Part shown: positions 10,295-21,592 of the stretch, piece after piece | Position numbering within the stretch: position 1 is the first letter of the stretch | Layout of the letters: each line of letters opens with the position of its first letter | From: an uncultured bacterium | Lineage (GTDB): Bacteria > Armatimonadota > Abditibacteriia > Abditibacteriales > Abditibacteriaceae | Assembly (NCBI GenBank): GCA_963843795.1 | Contig: CAWJLW010000006.1 | Span: 3,112,375-3,176,374 of the forward strand | DNA length: 64,000 bases | Direction: 5' to 3' | Notes under the pieces: model-generated | Seen by the model: the letters and a program-made list of their open reading frames with translations, nothing else | Told to the model about the DNA's origin: nothing | The model's database searches: none | Made by a program: the position numbers and the translations under genes

Positions 10295-10310
10295 TGCAAG
10301 TCGAATGCCG
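10295..10310 (-). promoter_or_regulatory. Putative sigma-54 promoter
   Basis: Minus strand CGGCATTCGACTTGCA = GG-N10-GC, upstream of the SRPBCC gene. Confidence 0.5.
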
Positions 10311-10459
10311 CTGCAAGTACTTGCGGCGCGTTTTGGCCCCACGAAATACACCTGCAAGTACTTGCAGCGCGTTTTGGGCTAAAATGCGCGGGCGAGATTG
10401 CTATACTTGTCGCATCACGACACGATTTTGACGGGTAAAATCACAGAGGAATAGATGTT

Positions 10460-11866
10460 ATGGGTTCACATGAAGAGCGTAACGGGGCGCAGAGTTTGTC
10501 ACTCGATAATTTAAAGGCGGTTTCGCCTTCCGATCATTTGGCCAGCGAAGTCGTGCCGGAAATTAAAATTCCGCCGCGCGTTTTAATGGGCGCTGGCCCT
10601 TCGGCCTCCTATCCCGAAGCCCTGCGCGCCATGAGCGCCAACACTTTGGGCCATCTCGATCCCGAATTTATCGGCATCATGAACAACGTCGGGACGATGC
10701 TGCGTCACGTTTTCTGCACGCGCAACCCGATTACCGGCGCGGTTTCGGCGACCGGAACGGCAGGTATGGAAGCCGCGTTGTGCAACCTGATCGAACCCGG
10801 CGATGAAGTTCTCATCTGCAATTCCGGCTATTTTTCCGATCGCATGGTGCAAATGGCAACCCGCATGGGCGCTGTCGTGCACACACTGGAAAATCCTTGG
10901 GGCATCGCGTTTCGGCCCGCGCAAATCGAAGATGCACTCAGCAAAATTGATAATCCGAAAGTACTCGCCATCGTTCATGCCGAAACTTCGACCGGCACGC
11001 TCAATCCAGTCGATGAACTCGGCCCGATTGCGCACAAATACGGCGCTCTGTTAGTCGTTGATGCGGTCACGAGTTTGGCCGGTTGTCCGCTTTTGGTGGA
11101 CGATTGGGAGATTGACGCGTGTTTTTCCGGCACCCAAAAGTGCATCGGCAGCCCGCCCGGTTTGTCGCCGATCACGTTTTCTCAACGCGCCATGGACAAA
11201 GTTCACGCGCGCAAAACGCCCGTGCAATCATGGTATTTCGATATGTCCTTAGTCGAAACTTACTGGGGCGATAATGGCAGCGGCGGACGCGCTTATCATC
11301 ACACTGCGCCTTCAAACGCCTTGTTTGGCTTGCATGAAGCGTTGCGCTTGACGCTTTTGGAAGGTCTAGAAAATCGCTGGGCCCGTCACAAATTGCATTC
11401 GCAGGCTTTGATGGCTGGCCTCGAACAATTGCAATTGAAGCCTTCGGCCGAAGAAGGTTATCGTTTGTGGCAGTTGAACGCGGTCTACATTCCCGACGGC
11501 ATCGACGACATGGCGGTGCGCGGACGTTTGCTGCGCGATTACAACATCGAAATCGGCGGTGGCCTGGGTGATTATAAAGGCCGCGTTTGGCGCATCGGCG
11601 TGATGGGCTATTCCGCGCAGCGCGGCAATATCCGTCTGGTTTTGTCGGCGCTGGAAGAAATTCTGTCAGATTTGGGCCACAAAGTCGATAAGGGCAGCGC
11701 GACCGATGCAGCGCAGGGCGTTTACGAAAAGCACGATTCCGCGCAAAACGACAAGCAGCCCGACAGCGAAGTTGTCCCAATGAACGGCAACGCGCAAGTC
11801 GATAACAGCGGCATGGGCGAAACCATCGGAGCCGAAGATGTCGCCCGAGGCGTCGCGCATCGTTAA
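10460..11866 (+). CDS. Alanine-glyoxylate/serine-pyruvate aminotransferase (class V PLP)
   Basis: LMGAGPS, HAETSTG, VDAVTSL, SGTQKCI, YHHT. Confidence 0.92.
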   Translation: MGSHEERNGAQSLSLDNLKAVSPSDHLASEVVPEIKIPPRVLMGAGPSASYPEALRAMSANTLGHLDPEFIGIMNNVGTMLRHVFCTRNPITGAVSATGTAGMEAALCNLIEPGDEVLICNSGYFSDRMVQMATRMGAVVHTLENPWGIAFRPAQIEDALSKIDNPKVLAIVHAETSTGTLNPVDELGPIAHKYGALLVVDAVTSLAGCPLLVDDWEIDACFSGTQKCIGSPPGLSPITFSQRAMDKVHARKTPVQSWYFDMSLVETYWGDNGSGGRAYHHTAPSNALFGLHEALRLTLLEGLENRWARHKLHSQALMAGLEQLQLKPSAEEGYRLWQLNAVYIPDGIDDMAVRGRLLRDYNIEIGGGLGDYKGRVWRIGVMGYSAQRGNIRLVLSALEEILSDLGHKVDKGSATDAAQGVYEKHDSAQNDKQPDSEVVPMNGNAQVDNSGMGETIGAEDVARGVAHR

Positions 11867-11923
11867 GATTTTCAAAGAATAAGCGCGCTGCAAGTACTTG
11901 CAGCGCACAATTTCCATCCAATT

Positions 11924-12379
11924 ATGACCACACCATCCTCACAACCCACGCACACCGATACCAACCGCATTGTAGGCGGCTGCGGTTTTCATCATGTGGC
12001 GATTCGCACCAGCAACTGGGAAAAATCGCTGCAATTTTGGACGCAGGGCATGGGTTTTGTGCCGCGCATCGAATGGGGCGAAGCGCCCCAACGCGCCGTG
12101 ATGCTTGACAGCGGCGACGGCAATTATCTGGAAATCTTCGAACGTGAAGCCACGACCAAGCCATTGCCCGAAGGCACCGAAGCACCGATTTTGCATTTTT
12201 GTTTCCGCACCGACGATTGCGCCAAAGCCGTGGAACGCGCTCGCGCATATGGTGCGAAAGTGACGACCGAACCCAAAATCGCCGCGCCTTTTTTAAAGCA
12301 AAACATCGAAGCGACAATTGCTTTTATTGAAGGGCCAGACGGCGAAATCTGCGAATTTTTTCAATGCGCAGATTTGTAA
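11924..12379 (+). CDS. VOC/glyoxalase family protein
   Basis: FHHVAI, YLEIF, LHFCF, GPDGEICEF metal-ligand pattern. Confidence 0.88.
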   Translation: MTTPSSQPTHTDTNRIVGGCGFHHVAIRTSNWEKSLQFWTQGMGFVPRIEWGEAPQRAVMLDSGDGNYLEIFEREATTKPLPEGTEAPILHFCFRTDDCAKAVERARAYGAKVTTEPKIAAPFLKQNIEATIAFIEGPDGEICEFFQCADL

Positions 12380-12497
12380 CAGCAGAAGGTGGAGTTTAAT
12401 CCGCGCACGTTTTTCCTCTCGCAAGTACTTGCAAAGCGAAAATATCTGATTCAACAATTTCACCTCTTCTCTTCCCATTCTTCCATTCCAACAGATT

Positions 12498-13556
12498 ATG
12501 AAATTCCGCACATTTCCCAACACGAATTTAAAAGTCAGCGAAATTGGCTTTGGCGTATGGACGGTCGCTACTAACTGGTGGGGCGAGAAAACCGACATCG
12601 AAGCCATCGCCATGCTGCGCCGCGCGCGTGATCGTGGCATCACGTTTTTCGACACGGCCGACACTTATGGCAACGGTCGCGGCGAAACACTTTTGCATGA
12701 TGCATTCGGCCAGAATCCCGAGGATTTGGTGTATGCCACAAAATTTGGCTACGACATTTACGCCGATCAGGAACGTCCGACCGGACTACGCGGCCAGCAG
12801 GAATTGCAGCAGCGCTTCGACCGCGATTTTGTGCGTCATGCTTGCGAGCAAAGTATCAAGCGTCTGGGTGTGGATGCGATTCACCTGTGGCAAATTCACA
12901 ACGCGCGCTTCGATTCCGTGATGAACGACGATTTGTGGGCGACGCTGGAAGAACTCAAAGACGAAGGCAAAATTCTGCACTACGGCGTCGCGCTGGGTCC
13001 GGCCAATGGTTGGGTCTGGGAAGGCATCGCTGCTTTGCGTCATCGCCCGATTTCATCTTTGCAAATTATTCACAATATGCTTGAACAGCGGCCCGGCGGC
13101 GATTTTTTTCCCGACGCGCGCGAAAATAATGTAGGACTTTTGATTCGCGTGCCGCATTCTTCGGGAATGTTGGAAGGTCATTACACACCCGAAACTACCT
13201 TCGCTGCCAACGACCATCGCCGCCATCGACCACGCTCGTGGCTCATCAACGGTTTGAAAAAATTGGAAACCTTGACTTTTTTAACCGAAAATCGCGAGCA
13301 AACTTTGGGACAGGCCGCTTTGAAGTGGATTCTGGCCGATCCAATTGTGTGCAGCGTGCTGCCCAATATCTACGACGATCAGCAGTTGGACGAATTTGCT
13401 GCCGCCTCCGATTTGCCTGATTTGACGCCTGAAGATTTGCAGCGCATTTCGGAACTTTACGCGGAAAATTTCGGCGTCGAGGAAGAAGCGATGAAATTAA
13501 AGGGCGAAGACAAAAGCGTGTTGGACGAGTGGTCCGCAACGCGCGTTGTGTCATAA
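12498..13556 (+). CDS. Aldo/keto reductase
   Basis: VSEIGFG, FFDTADTYGNG, ATKFG. Confidence 0.92.
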   Translation: MKFRTFPNTNLKVSEIGFGVWTVATNWWGEKTDIEAIAMLRRARDRGITFFDTADTYGNGRGETLLHDAFGQNPEDLVYATKFGYDIYADQERPTGLRGQQELQQRFDRDFVRHACEQSIKRLGVDAIHLWQIHNARFDSVMNDDLWATLEELKDEGKILHYGVALGPANGWVWEGIAALRHRPISSLQIIHNMLEQRPGGDFFPDARENNVGLLIRVPHSSGMLEGHYTPETTFAANDHRRHRPRSWLINGLKKLETLTFLTENREQTLGQAALKWILADPIVCSVLPNIYDDQQLDEFAAASDLPDLTPEDLQRISELYAENFGVEEEAMKLKGEDKSVLDEWSATRVVS

Positions 13557-13572
13557 ATTCGTTTGCAAAATT

Positions 13573-13606
13573 AAAAACGTTCTGCAAGTACTTGCAGAAC
13601 GTTTTT
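13573..13606. terminator. 34-bp perfect palindrome; likely terminator
   Basis: aaaaacgttc-core-gaacgttttt after the aldo/keto reductase stop. Confidence 0.7.
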
Positions 13607-13622
13607 TGCATTTGTTGAATAC

Positions 13623-13637
13623 TGGCGCGCGCTTTGC
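13623..13637 (+). promoter_or_regulatory. Putative sigma-54 promoter
   Basis: TGGCGCGCGCTTTGC = GG-N10-GC, upstream of the kinase ATG at 13661. Confidence 0.45.
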
Positions 13638-13660
13638 GGCAAATGCACATGGTATTCCTC

Positions 13661-14632
13661 ATGGACATAGAACTTCTTCAAGCAATTATCGCCGCCTGGC
13701 CCGCGCCCGAAGCCGCCCGTATTTGTCAGGGCGATCAAGTTATCGCTCAAAATGCGCTCGCGCTCGCAGCAGCGGCGGCCAAACACGAATCATCGACTCA
13801 ATGCGATGGCGAATTTTGGCTCGCCGATGAAGTCAGTCATCTGGGACTGCCAAACGATTTTCAATTGCAAACGCGCGCCGTGCCTGGCGTGGCGCACAGC
13901 CCGCAAGTACTGGCGGCTCAATTGGGCGCGCCTCAGCGCACCATCGAAGTGCAGGCTTTGGCGCGCGGAGTTGTGCACGAACTGCGCAATCCGCTGGCCG
14001 CCATTGTTACCGCTGCCGGTTTGTTACAAGATGACGGTGATGAAACCAGCGACGAAACCCAGATGCTGCTTTCGGTGATTGCCAAAGAATCGAAACGTAT
14101 GAACCGCATTCTTACCGAGTTCGCGGCTTATGTGAAGCCGCGGCCTCCGCAGCGCACCAATTTCAACGCCGCGGAAGTTTTGCGCGAAGAAACGCGCGCC
14201 GTTCTGCACGCACGCACTCTAAATCCCGTTGAGGTTAATATCGACGATCAACTTCCGGAAACCATTTTGACAAATGCCGACGAAGAGCAATTTCGTCAAG
14301 TCGTGGGACAGGTCGTTCATAACGCATTGGAAGCGATGTCCGAAGGCGGCACTATCAAATTAATGGGCGAAACTCATCCGGATAAAATTCATTTGTGCAT
14401 CGGCGACAATGGGCCTGGATTATCGGGTGAAGCGATGGAGATGGCTTTTCAACCGTTTTTCTCATCCAAATCGCAAAGCACTGGTTTGGGTTTATCAATT
14501 GCGCGTTCGGCGATTGAAGCATCGGGCGGACGCATCTGGATCGAGACCGAAGGCGAAAGCGAAAGTTGCACAGAATTAAACGGCGCACGCATTGTCATTG
14601 AATTACCGCGTGCACGCGATGAAGCTGCGTAA
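13661..14632 (+). CDS. Cytoplasmic sensor histidine kinase
   Basis: HELRNPL H-box, N-box HNALEA, DNGPG, PFFSSK, GLGLSI. Confidence 0.9.
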   Translation: MDIELLQAIIAAWPAPEAARICQGDQVIAQNALALAAAAAKHESSTQCDGEFWLADEVSHLGLPNDFQLQTRAVPGVAHSPQVLAAQLGAPQRTIEVQALARGVVHELRNPLAAIVTAAGLLQDDGDETSDETQMLLSVIAKESKRMNRILTEFAAYVKPRPPQRTNFNAAEVLREETRAVLHARTLNPVEVNIDDQLPETILTNADEEQFRQVVGQVVHNALEAMSEGGTIKLMGETHPDKIHLCIGDNGPGLSGEAMEMAFQPFFSSKSQSTGLGLSIARSAIEASGGRIWIETEGESESCTELNGARIVIELPRARDEAA

Positions 14633-14755
14633 CTCGCACTCGTGCAATTCCTCCTATCAATCCGCAAGTACTTGCGGATTGATTTTTTGTCGGCTTTTAC
14701 CGCGAGTGTGAAAGTTGCTTTTTGGGTCAAAATGAGTTAAAATTCTCGATTGAAA

Positions 14756-16171
14756 ATGGCAAATATTCTCATCGTTGACGATCAAAGTTCGATGCGCCTG
14801 ACTTTGACCATGCTGCTCAAACAAGCGGGTCACACCGTTGCGCAAGCCGGAACCGGCGCCGATGCCATCGACAAGATCGGCAAAACCGATTTCGATATCG
14901 TCCTGACCGATCTCAACCTCGACAGCGTTTCTGGCATGGACGTGCTCAAAGCTGCCAAAGCCAATAATCCTCAAACCGAAGTTATTATGCTCACCGGTTT
15001 CGGTTCGGTCGAGACCGCCGTGACCGCCATGAAAAGTGGCGCTATCGACTATCTCACCAAGCCAGTCGATAGCGAGGAATTGCTGCTCGCGGTTGGCCGC
15101 GCCAAAGAGCGTCAGCACCTCAAACAAGAAGTCGCGCGTTTGCGTTCAACGGTTGAAAAAGATCAGAACTTCACGCCCGGTCAAATTGTGGCTTCGTCCC
15201 AACAAATGAAAGCGGTTTTGGACATGATTGCACGCGTCGCGCCAACCGAAGCCACGGTTTTAGTGCAAGGCGAAAGCGGCACTGGCAAAGAACTGGTCGC
15301 GCGTGCTCTGCATCAAAATTCCCGTCGGAAAGATGGTGCGTTCATTCCCATTAACTGCGGCGCTCTGCCGGAGAATTTGCTGGAAAGCGAACTTTTCGGC
15401 CATGTCAAAGGCGCGTTTACCGGCGCGACCACCAACAAAAAAGGGTTGTTTGAAGAAGCCGATGGCGGAACCTTATTTCTCGACGAAATCGGTGAAATGT
15501 CGCCCGCCACGCAGGTGAAATTGCTGCGCGTTTTACAAGATCAGGAAGTGCGACGCGTCGGCGCAAACAGTGGCGTGAAAGTTGATGTACGCGTCGTTGC
15601 CGCGACTAACCAGAAATTGCAGGAGCGCATTCAGGAAGGGACTTTTCGTGAAGATTTGTATTATCGCCTACAAGTCATTCTGATTCATCTGCCGCCGCTG
15701 CGCGAGCGCAGAGCCGAAATTCTGCCGATTGCGCAGCATTATTTACAAGTGTTCCGGCAAAAATTGAACAAGCCAATTGAAGGTTTATCGCCTGAAGCCG
15801 AGCGTTCTTTGCTCGAATACGATTGGCCGGGCAACATTCGCGAACTTATTAACGCCATTGAACGCGCGGCGATTTTATGCCGCGATGATTGTGTGCGCCC
15901 CGAAGATTTCGCGCTCACTTTAGGCGGCTCGATTTCCAGCGCGCCACCGATTTCGCAAGACGAAGTGGGTGACAGCGATGACAATTTAAACGGAGAGGCG
16001 CGCGATGGTTATCGCCCGCGCTCGATGGACGATATTCAGCGCATGGAGCGCGATTTATTAAGCGAAATTTTACAGCGCCACGATTGGAAAAAAGCTACCG
16101 CAGCTAAGGAAATTGGCCTGAGCGCGACGGCGTTGAATAAGAAAATCAAAGAATATCAGTTGGAAAAATAA
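14756..16171 (+). CDS. Sigma-54-dependent response regulator (NtrC/AtoC family)
   Basis: REC domain; [31 protein letters not shown]-terminal HTH. Confidence 0.95.
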   Translation: MANILIVDDQSSMRLTLTMLLKQAGHTVAQAGTGADAIDKIGKTDFDIVLTDLNLDSVSGMDVLKAAKANNPQTEVIMLTGFGSVETAVTAMKSGAIDYLTKPVDSEELLLAVGRAKERQHLKQEVARLRSTVEKDQNFTPGQIVASSQQMKAVLDMIARVAPTEATVLVQGESGTGKELVARALHQNSRRKDGAFIPINCGALPENLLESELFGHVKGAFTGATTNKKGLFEEADGGTLFLDEIGEMSPATQVKLLRVLQDQEVRRVGANSGVKVDVRVVAATNQKLQERIQEGTFREDLYYRLQVILIHLPPLRERRAEILPIAQHYLQVFRQKLNKPIEGLSPEAERSLLEYDWPGNIRELINAIERAAILCRDDCVRPEDFALTLGGSISSAPPISQDEVGDSDDNLNGEARDGYRPRSMDDIQRMERDLLSEILQRHDWKKATAAKEIGLSATALNKKIKEYQLEK

Positions 16172-16205
16172 AGTTGCAAAAACTTGGAAAATCATCCAAA
16201 TCCAT

Positions 16206-16235
16206 AAGCGCGCTGCAAGTACTTGCAGCGCGCTT
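16206..16235. terminator. 30-bp perfect palindrome; likely terminator
   Basis: aagcgcgc-core-gcgcgctt followed by more T residues. Confidence 0.65.
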
Positions 16236-16371
16236 TTTCGTATCAAGCCATGACCCATTTTGATGCGCTACATCAGTAAAATTTAGCGTGATAAATACTG
16301 AGGCATTATGTTTGCAAGCGAACACTGCGATAATTCTTAGTTTCAGTAGTATCCGTGAGTGTGCAAAGATT

Positions 16372-16776
16372 ATGGCCGAAGTACTTTTAGTGGACGACAA
16401 CGGCAGCGTGCTATTAACAATGGCAATCGCTCTGCGTCGTCGCGGGCATGATGTGACGGTCGCTTGCGACGCCGATCAGGCTTTGACACAACTGCGCCAA
16501 CGCAGCTTTGATTTTTTGATTTCCGATGTGCGGATGCCCGGCATCAGTGGCTTGGAGTTGGCGACGAGGGTGCAACGGATGACACACCCTCCACGCGTGA
16601 TTCTCACTTCTGCTTATCCTTTCGTCGAACACCGAGAAGGCGTTTTCGAAGCATTCTTACCCAAGCCGCTGGATGTGCGGTTGCTCAACGAATATCTTAA
16701 TTCTTCGCTGCAACAAAAGTCTTTTGACGGTTCGCTCGAACATGATGCAGCGATTCTGCCGCGCACACGCGCTTGA
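16372..16776 (+). CDS. Single-domain response regulator
   Basis: VLLVDD, ISDVRMPGISG, LTSA, FLPKP. Confidence 0.85.
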   Translation: MAEVLLVDDNGSVLLTMAIALRRRGHDVTVACDADQALTQLRQRSFDFLISDVRMPGISGLELATRVQRMTHPPRVILTSAYPFVEHREGVFEAFLPKPLDVRLLNEYLNSSLQQKSFDGSLEHDAAILPRTRA

Positions 16777-17029
16777 TTTCAGCGCTGCAAGTACTTGCAC
16801 CTACATTAAACCCCAAAACCTCTGTGTTACACTGTGAGGCCGCGCGACAAATGTTAATCGTTTTGGTTGCGCGCTCATCGTCGCTTATTACAGTGCATTA
16901 GAATCGTTTCGTGGCGCACGGCAACCGTGCGGCGCAGGTTACGTCTTGCATTAAATTGACGATAAAAGGCAATTTTTCTTTGAGACAAGACAATTTTCAA
17001 CGGTTTACAGCCGAAAGGAAACCGACAAT

Positions 17030-18607
17030 ATGACACCGCAAACCGAGCTTTTAGAAGCCCCAAAAACCAAACCTCAAGCCATTCACGCGCCGCGCAACGC
17101 GCAAACCGAGGATGAAGTGTTGCAGGAACTCGCCACGCAAGAGTACAAATATGGCTGGCAGACCGACATCGAAAGCGAAACCCTCGCGCGTGGTTTGGAC
17201 GAAGACACCATTCGCCACATCTCGCAAAAGAAAGACGAGCCGCAATGGCTGCTCGATTGGCGCTTGAAGGCGTTTCGCCATTGGCAAACGCTGGAGGAAC
17301 CGGAATGGCCCAACGTTTCCTATCCGCCGATTGATTTTCAAGACATCAGCTATTTTTCCGCGCCAGTCAAAAAGCCAACGCTGAATTCGCTGGACGAAGT
17401 TGATCCCAAATTGCTGGAGACGTTCAATAAACTCGGTATTTCGCTGCAAGAACAAAAGCGTTTGGCGAACGTGGTCGATGACGAAAGTGTGCTGGATGGT
17501 TCTTTAGATGGACAGTCGCCCGAACGCCCGCAAGTCGCAGTGGATGCGGTTTTCGATAGCGTTTCGGTGGCAACGACGTTTCAGGCCGATTTAGCCAAGC
17601 GCGGCATTATTTTCTGCTCGTTTTCCGAAGCGGTGCGCGAACATCCCGAACTGATTAAAAAATATCTCGGCAGCGTGGTGCCGCCGACCGATAACTTTTA
17701 CGCCACGCTCAATTCCGCAGTGTTTTCCGATGGTTCGTTCTGCTTCATTCCCAAAGGCGTGCGTTGTCCGATGGAATTGAGCACTTATTTTCGCATCAAC
17801 ACCGAAGGCAGCGGACAGTTCGAGCGCACTTTGATTGTGGCCGAAGAAGGCGCTTCGGTTTCTTATCTCGAAGGCTGCACCGCGCCGCAATTCGATACCA
17901 ATCAGTTGCACGCGGCGGTGGTGGAAATTGTCGCGTTGGATGATGCGACGGTGAAATATTCGACCGTTCAGAACTGGTATCCGGGCGATGAAAACGGCAA
18001 GGGCGGAATTTACAATTTCGTCACCAAGCGCGGCATTTGCAAAGGCAAGAACTCGAAAATTTCGTGGACGCAGGTCGAAACCGGCAGCGCGATTACCTGG
18101 AAATATCCCAGCGTTTTGCTGATGGGCGATAATTCGGTCGGCGAGTTTTATTCGGTCGCCGTGACCAATAATTTGCAGCAGGCCGACACCGGCACCAAGA
18201 TGATTCATATCGGCAAAAACACGCGTTCGACGATTGTCTCGAAAGGCATTTCGGCGGGACGCTCGCAGAACTCGTATCGCGGCTTGGTGAAAGTGTTGAA
18301 AAACGCTGACAACGCGCGCAACTTTTCGCAGTGCGATTCGCTGTTGATCGGCGATAAATGCGGCGCGCACACGTTCCCGTATATCGAAGTGCGCAATCCG
18401 GGCGCGCAAGTCGAGCATGAAGCCAGCACCAGCAAAGTCGGCGAAGACCAGATTTTTTATCTGAATCAGCGCGGCATTGCGACCGAAGATGCGGTTTCAA
18501 TGATCGTGAACGGCTTCTGCAAAGAAGTGTTCCGGGAATTGCCAATGGAATTTGCCGTTGAAGCGCAGAAATTGCTGGGAATTAGTTTGGAAGGCAGCGT
18601 CGGTTAA
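17030..18607 (+). CDS. sufB: Fe-S cluster assembly protein SufB
   Basis: [37 protein letters not shown]. Confidence 0.97.
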   Translation: MTPQTELLEAPKTKPQAIHAPRNAQTEDEVLQELATQEYKYGWQTDIESETLARGLDEDTIRHISQKKDEPQWLLDWRLKAFRHWQTLEEPEWPNVSYPPIDFQDISYFSAPVKKPTLNSLDEVDPKLLETFNKLGISLQEQKRLANVVDDESVLDGSLDGQSPERPQVAVDAVFDSVSVATTFQADLAKRGIIFCSFSEAVREHPELIKKYLGSVVPPTDNFYATLNSAVFSDGSFCFIPKGVRCPMELSTYFRINTEGSGQFERTLIVAEEGASVSYLEGCTAPQFDTNQLHAAVVEIVALDDATVKYSTVQNWYPGDENGKGGIYNFVTKRGICKGKNSKISWTQVETGSAITWKYPSVLLMGDNSVGEFYSVAVTNNLQQADTGTKMIHIGKNTRSTIVSKGISAGRSQNSYRGLVKVLKNADNARNFSQCDSLLIGDKCGAHTFPYIEVRNPGAQVEHEASTSKVGEDQIFYLNQRGIATEDAVSMIVNGFCKEVFRELPMEFAVEAQKLLGISLEGSVG

Positions 18608-18630
18608 AGCCATTTACAAAAATCAATCAA

Positions 18631-18673
18631 GCGGCGATAGCGGTGCGGAAAGGTTTCGCGCCGCTATCGCCGC
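18631..18673. other. Intergenic stem-loop between sufB and sufC
   Basis: gcggcgatagcgg...ccgctatcgccgc inverted repeat without a U-tract. Confidence 0.6.
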
Positions 18674-18713
18674 GTTTAGAGAAACCAAAAAATAATATGG
18701 AGAACTTGACAAT

Positions 18714-19478
18714 ATGAGCGAAACACTTTTAGAAATTAAAGATTTACACGCCAGCATTGAAGGTCAAGAGATTTTGCGTGGCGTCGATCTCACCATCAAT
18801 CGTGGCGAAACTCACGCCATCATGGGGCCGAACGGCAGTGGCAAAAGTACTTTGGCAGCAGTTTTAGCCGGACGCGAGGAATACGAAATCACGCAGGGCG
18901 AAGTTCTTTACAAAGGCAAAGACTTGCTCGATTTAGCACCCGAAGAGCGCGCCAATGAAGGTTTGTTTCTGGCGTTTCAATATCCGGTCGAAATTCCCGG
19001 CGTCGCCAACCCGACGTTTTTGAAAGCGGCTTTGAACGCCAAGCGCAAGCACAACGAACAAGGCGAAATGAACGCGCTGGATTTTTTGAAACTGATGCGC
19101 TCGAAGATGAAAAGCGTCGAATTGGACGAAGCGTTTCTCAAGCGTAGCGTCAACGAAAACTTTTCCGGTGGCGAAAAAAAGCGTTTCGAGATTTTCCAAA
19201 TGGCCGTACTCGAACCCGAATTGGCGATTTTGGATGAAACCGATTCTGGCCTGGACATCGACGCTCTGAAAGTCGTGTCGCAAGGCGTCAATTTGCTGCG
19301 CGAAGACGAGCAACGCGCCTTTATTGTGGTGACGCATTATCAGCGTTTGCTGAATTACATCGTGCCCGATTTCGTTCATGTCTTGAGTCAGGGACGCATT
19401 GTGCGTTCGGGCGGCAAAGATTTGGCGTTGGAATTGGAAGAACGGGGCTACGATTGGTTGGCGGAGGTGGCTTCGTGA
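18714..19478 (+). CDS. sufC: Fe-S cluster assembly ATPase SufC
   Basis: GPNGSGKST, AFQYPVEIPG, FSGGEKKR, LDETDSGLD. Confidence 0.97.
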   Translation: MSETLLEIKDLHASIEGQEILRGVDLTINRGETHAIMGPNGSGKSTLAAVLAGREEYEITQGEVLYKGKDLLDLAPEERANEGLFLAFQYPVEIPGVANPTFLKAALNAKRKHNEQGEMNALDFLKLMRSKMKSVELDEAFLKRSVNENFSGGEKKRFEIFQMAVLEPELAILDETDSGLDIDALKVVSQGVNLLREDEQRAFIVVTHYQRLLNYIVPDFVHVLSQGRIVRSGGKDLALELEERGYDWLAEVAS

Positions 19479-20812
19479 GCAAAGCTCCACAACGCATTAA
19501 CAAAACCTCAACCCAAGACGGCGTTCAGCAATATCTCGAACGCGCGCAGCAAGTCGCGCAAGACGACGCGCCGCAGTATGTGCAGGATTTGCGCAGCCGC
19601 GCGCGCGACCGGTTTTCAGCGCTCGGCTTTCCGACGCCGCGCCACGAAGAATGGAAATATACCGATACTTCGCCGATTGCGCATCTGCCGCAAATCAACG
19701 ATTGGGACACTGCAAGTACTTGCAGCAACTCCGGCGCGCATCTTAATGGCTCGGCGCCCGATTTGGCCACGCACGATTACGGCAGCGCCACGCGATTAGT
19801 CTTCGTGAACGGCCATTATCAAGCGCAGCTTTCACAAAAAGATGATGTCCATAGCGGCGTAATTGTCGGCGCGCTGAGCGAACATTGGAGCGATCCGAAT
19901 GTGCAAGAACATCTCGGCCAATACGCGCACAAGACTAACGACGATGCGTTTACGGCTTTGAACACGGCGCATTTGCAGGACGGCGCGGTGGTTTTCGTGC
20001 CGCGCGGCGTGCAGGGCGCGACAGTGGAAATCGTGCATTGGACGACGGGTTCGGGCGGCACGGTGTCGCAGCCGCGCGCTTTGTATGTGGCCGAAGAGGG
20101 CGCGCAGGTCACGATTGTCGAGACGCACGGCGGCAGCGGCACTTATTTTTCCAACGCGGTCAGCGAAGCGTGGGTCGGGCCGAACGCGCAAGTCGATCAT
20201 TATATGGTGCAGGCGCACAGCGAGCAGGCGATGCACATCGGCACACTGCAAGTCGAAGCCTTGCGCGATGCGAATTTTCGTTCGCACTCATTGAATCTGA
20301 GCGGACGTATGATTCGCAATAATGCCAACGCGGTGATGGATGGCGAGAATATCGAAGTGACGCTGAACGGTTTGGTGCTGGGCAGCGGCGAGCAGCACAT
20401 CGATAATCACACCGCGATGGATCATGCCAGCCCTCACTGCACCAGCCACGAACGTTTCGCGCACATTTTGAAAGACAAAGCGGTGGCGGTTTTCAACGGC
20501 AAAATTTTCGTGCGCATTGATGCACAAAAAACTGACGCCGTGCAAAGCAATCGCTCACTTCTGCTGTCACCAGACGCGGTGATTAACACCAAACCGCAGT
20601 TAGAAATTTTCGCCGACGATGTGAAATGTACGCACGGCGCGACGATTGGCCAGTTGGACGAAGGTGCGCTGTTCTATCTGCGCGCTCGCGGCATCAGCAA
20701 AGCCGAGGCGCGCGCGATGTTGACGTATGCTTTCGCCGAAGAAGTTTTGGAAGGCGTGCGCGTCGAAGCGTTGAAAGAGCGCTTAGAACGCGAAGTTTTG
20801 ACGCGTTTGTAA
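19475..20812 (+). CDS. sufD: Fe-S cluster assembly protein SufD
   Basis: EEWKYT, KPQLEIFADDVKCTHGAT; GTG start overlaps the sufC stop. Confidence 0.95.
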   Translation: MSKAPQRINKTSTQDGVQQYLERAQQVAQDDAPQYVQDLRSRARDRFSALGFPTPRHEEWKYTDTSPIAHLPQINDWDTASTCSNSGAHLNGSAPDLATHDYGSATRLVFVNGHYQAQLSQKDDVHSGVIVGALSEHWSDPNVQEHLGQYAHKTNDDAFTALNTAHLQDGAVVFVPRGVQGATVEIVHWTTGSGGTVSQPRALYVAEEGAQVTIVETHGGSGTYFSNAVSEAWVGPNAQVDHYMVQAHSEQAMHIGTLQVEALRDANFRSHSLNLSGRMIRNNANAVMDGENIEVTLNGLVLGSGEQHIDNHTAMDHASPHCTSHERFAHILKDKAVAVFNGKIFVRIDAQKTDAVQSNRSLLLSPDAVINTKPQLEIFADDVKCTHGATIGQLDEGALFYLRARGISKAEARAMLTYAFAEEVLEGVRVEALKERLEREVLTRL

Positions 20813-20851
20813 TTTCACGAGATTGTCATTTCACTTTTTGAGAGGCGCACC

Positions 20852-21560
20852 ATGAAACGAAATTTCACAGGTTTTGCAGTCACATTTTGCGGGGCTTTCG
20901 TTGCGTTTTCGTCGCCGGTTCGTGCGCAAATCAAAGAGTGGAATCCGTCCTGCGCGCAAGTTTTAACGCTAGGTTATTACGGATATGTTAAGGAATACGG
21001 CAAGCGCACCAACGATTATTCGACGGCGGGCATGATGCGTTCGGCGCAGCGTTATCAGGATTGCAAGGACGCCGCGAACGCAAAGCGTCTGCCAGCATTA
21101 CCCGCCATGCGTCGGATGCGCGTGCAAAAGGTACAGAGTGAATGGAAAAGTTGGAAAACGCGCTGTGGCCGATGACTCTGGCACAAACTGGCGGCGGCAC
21201 GATGTATTCGGTTTTCGCAGCTGTGAGCGCGGCCAAACGCAGCGATGCGATGGGAAATTTGATCGCGGCCACACAACGCGCGCGACGTTCCAACGCGGCG
21301 CGCGCGCAGGCCAACGCGCAATGGAAACGCGCATTCAAAGCGTTCAAGCGTTGGGAAAATTTGCCCTCGCCAGACATCAATCTGAACGTTTCGCCAGCCG
21401 CAACTTCAACGCGCATTACAAAGGCGAATTTGAAATATGGCGCGGCAGCCAAATCAGCATATTGGAAGTGTTGGGCGCGCAGTTGCCCGATGAAGCCGCG
21501 CTGGTTTTGGCGCGTCGCACTGCCGATAGCGTGAACTATTATTCATCCCGACGCGTTATA
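20852..21560 (+). pseudogene. Secreted hypothetical protein, fragmented by 2-3 indels
   Basis: Signal peptide MKRNF...VRA/Q; coding sense passes through ORFs 20852, 21142 (GGGTMY) and the 21138 frame; end approximate. Confidence 0.5.
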
Positions 21561-21592
21561 ACACCGTTGCAAGTACTTGCAGGAGGAAAATT

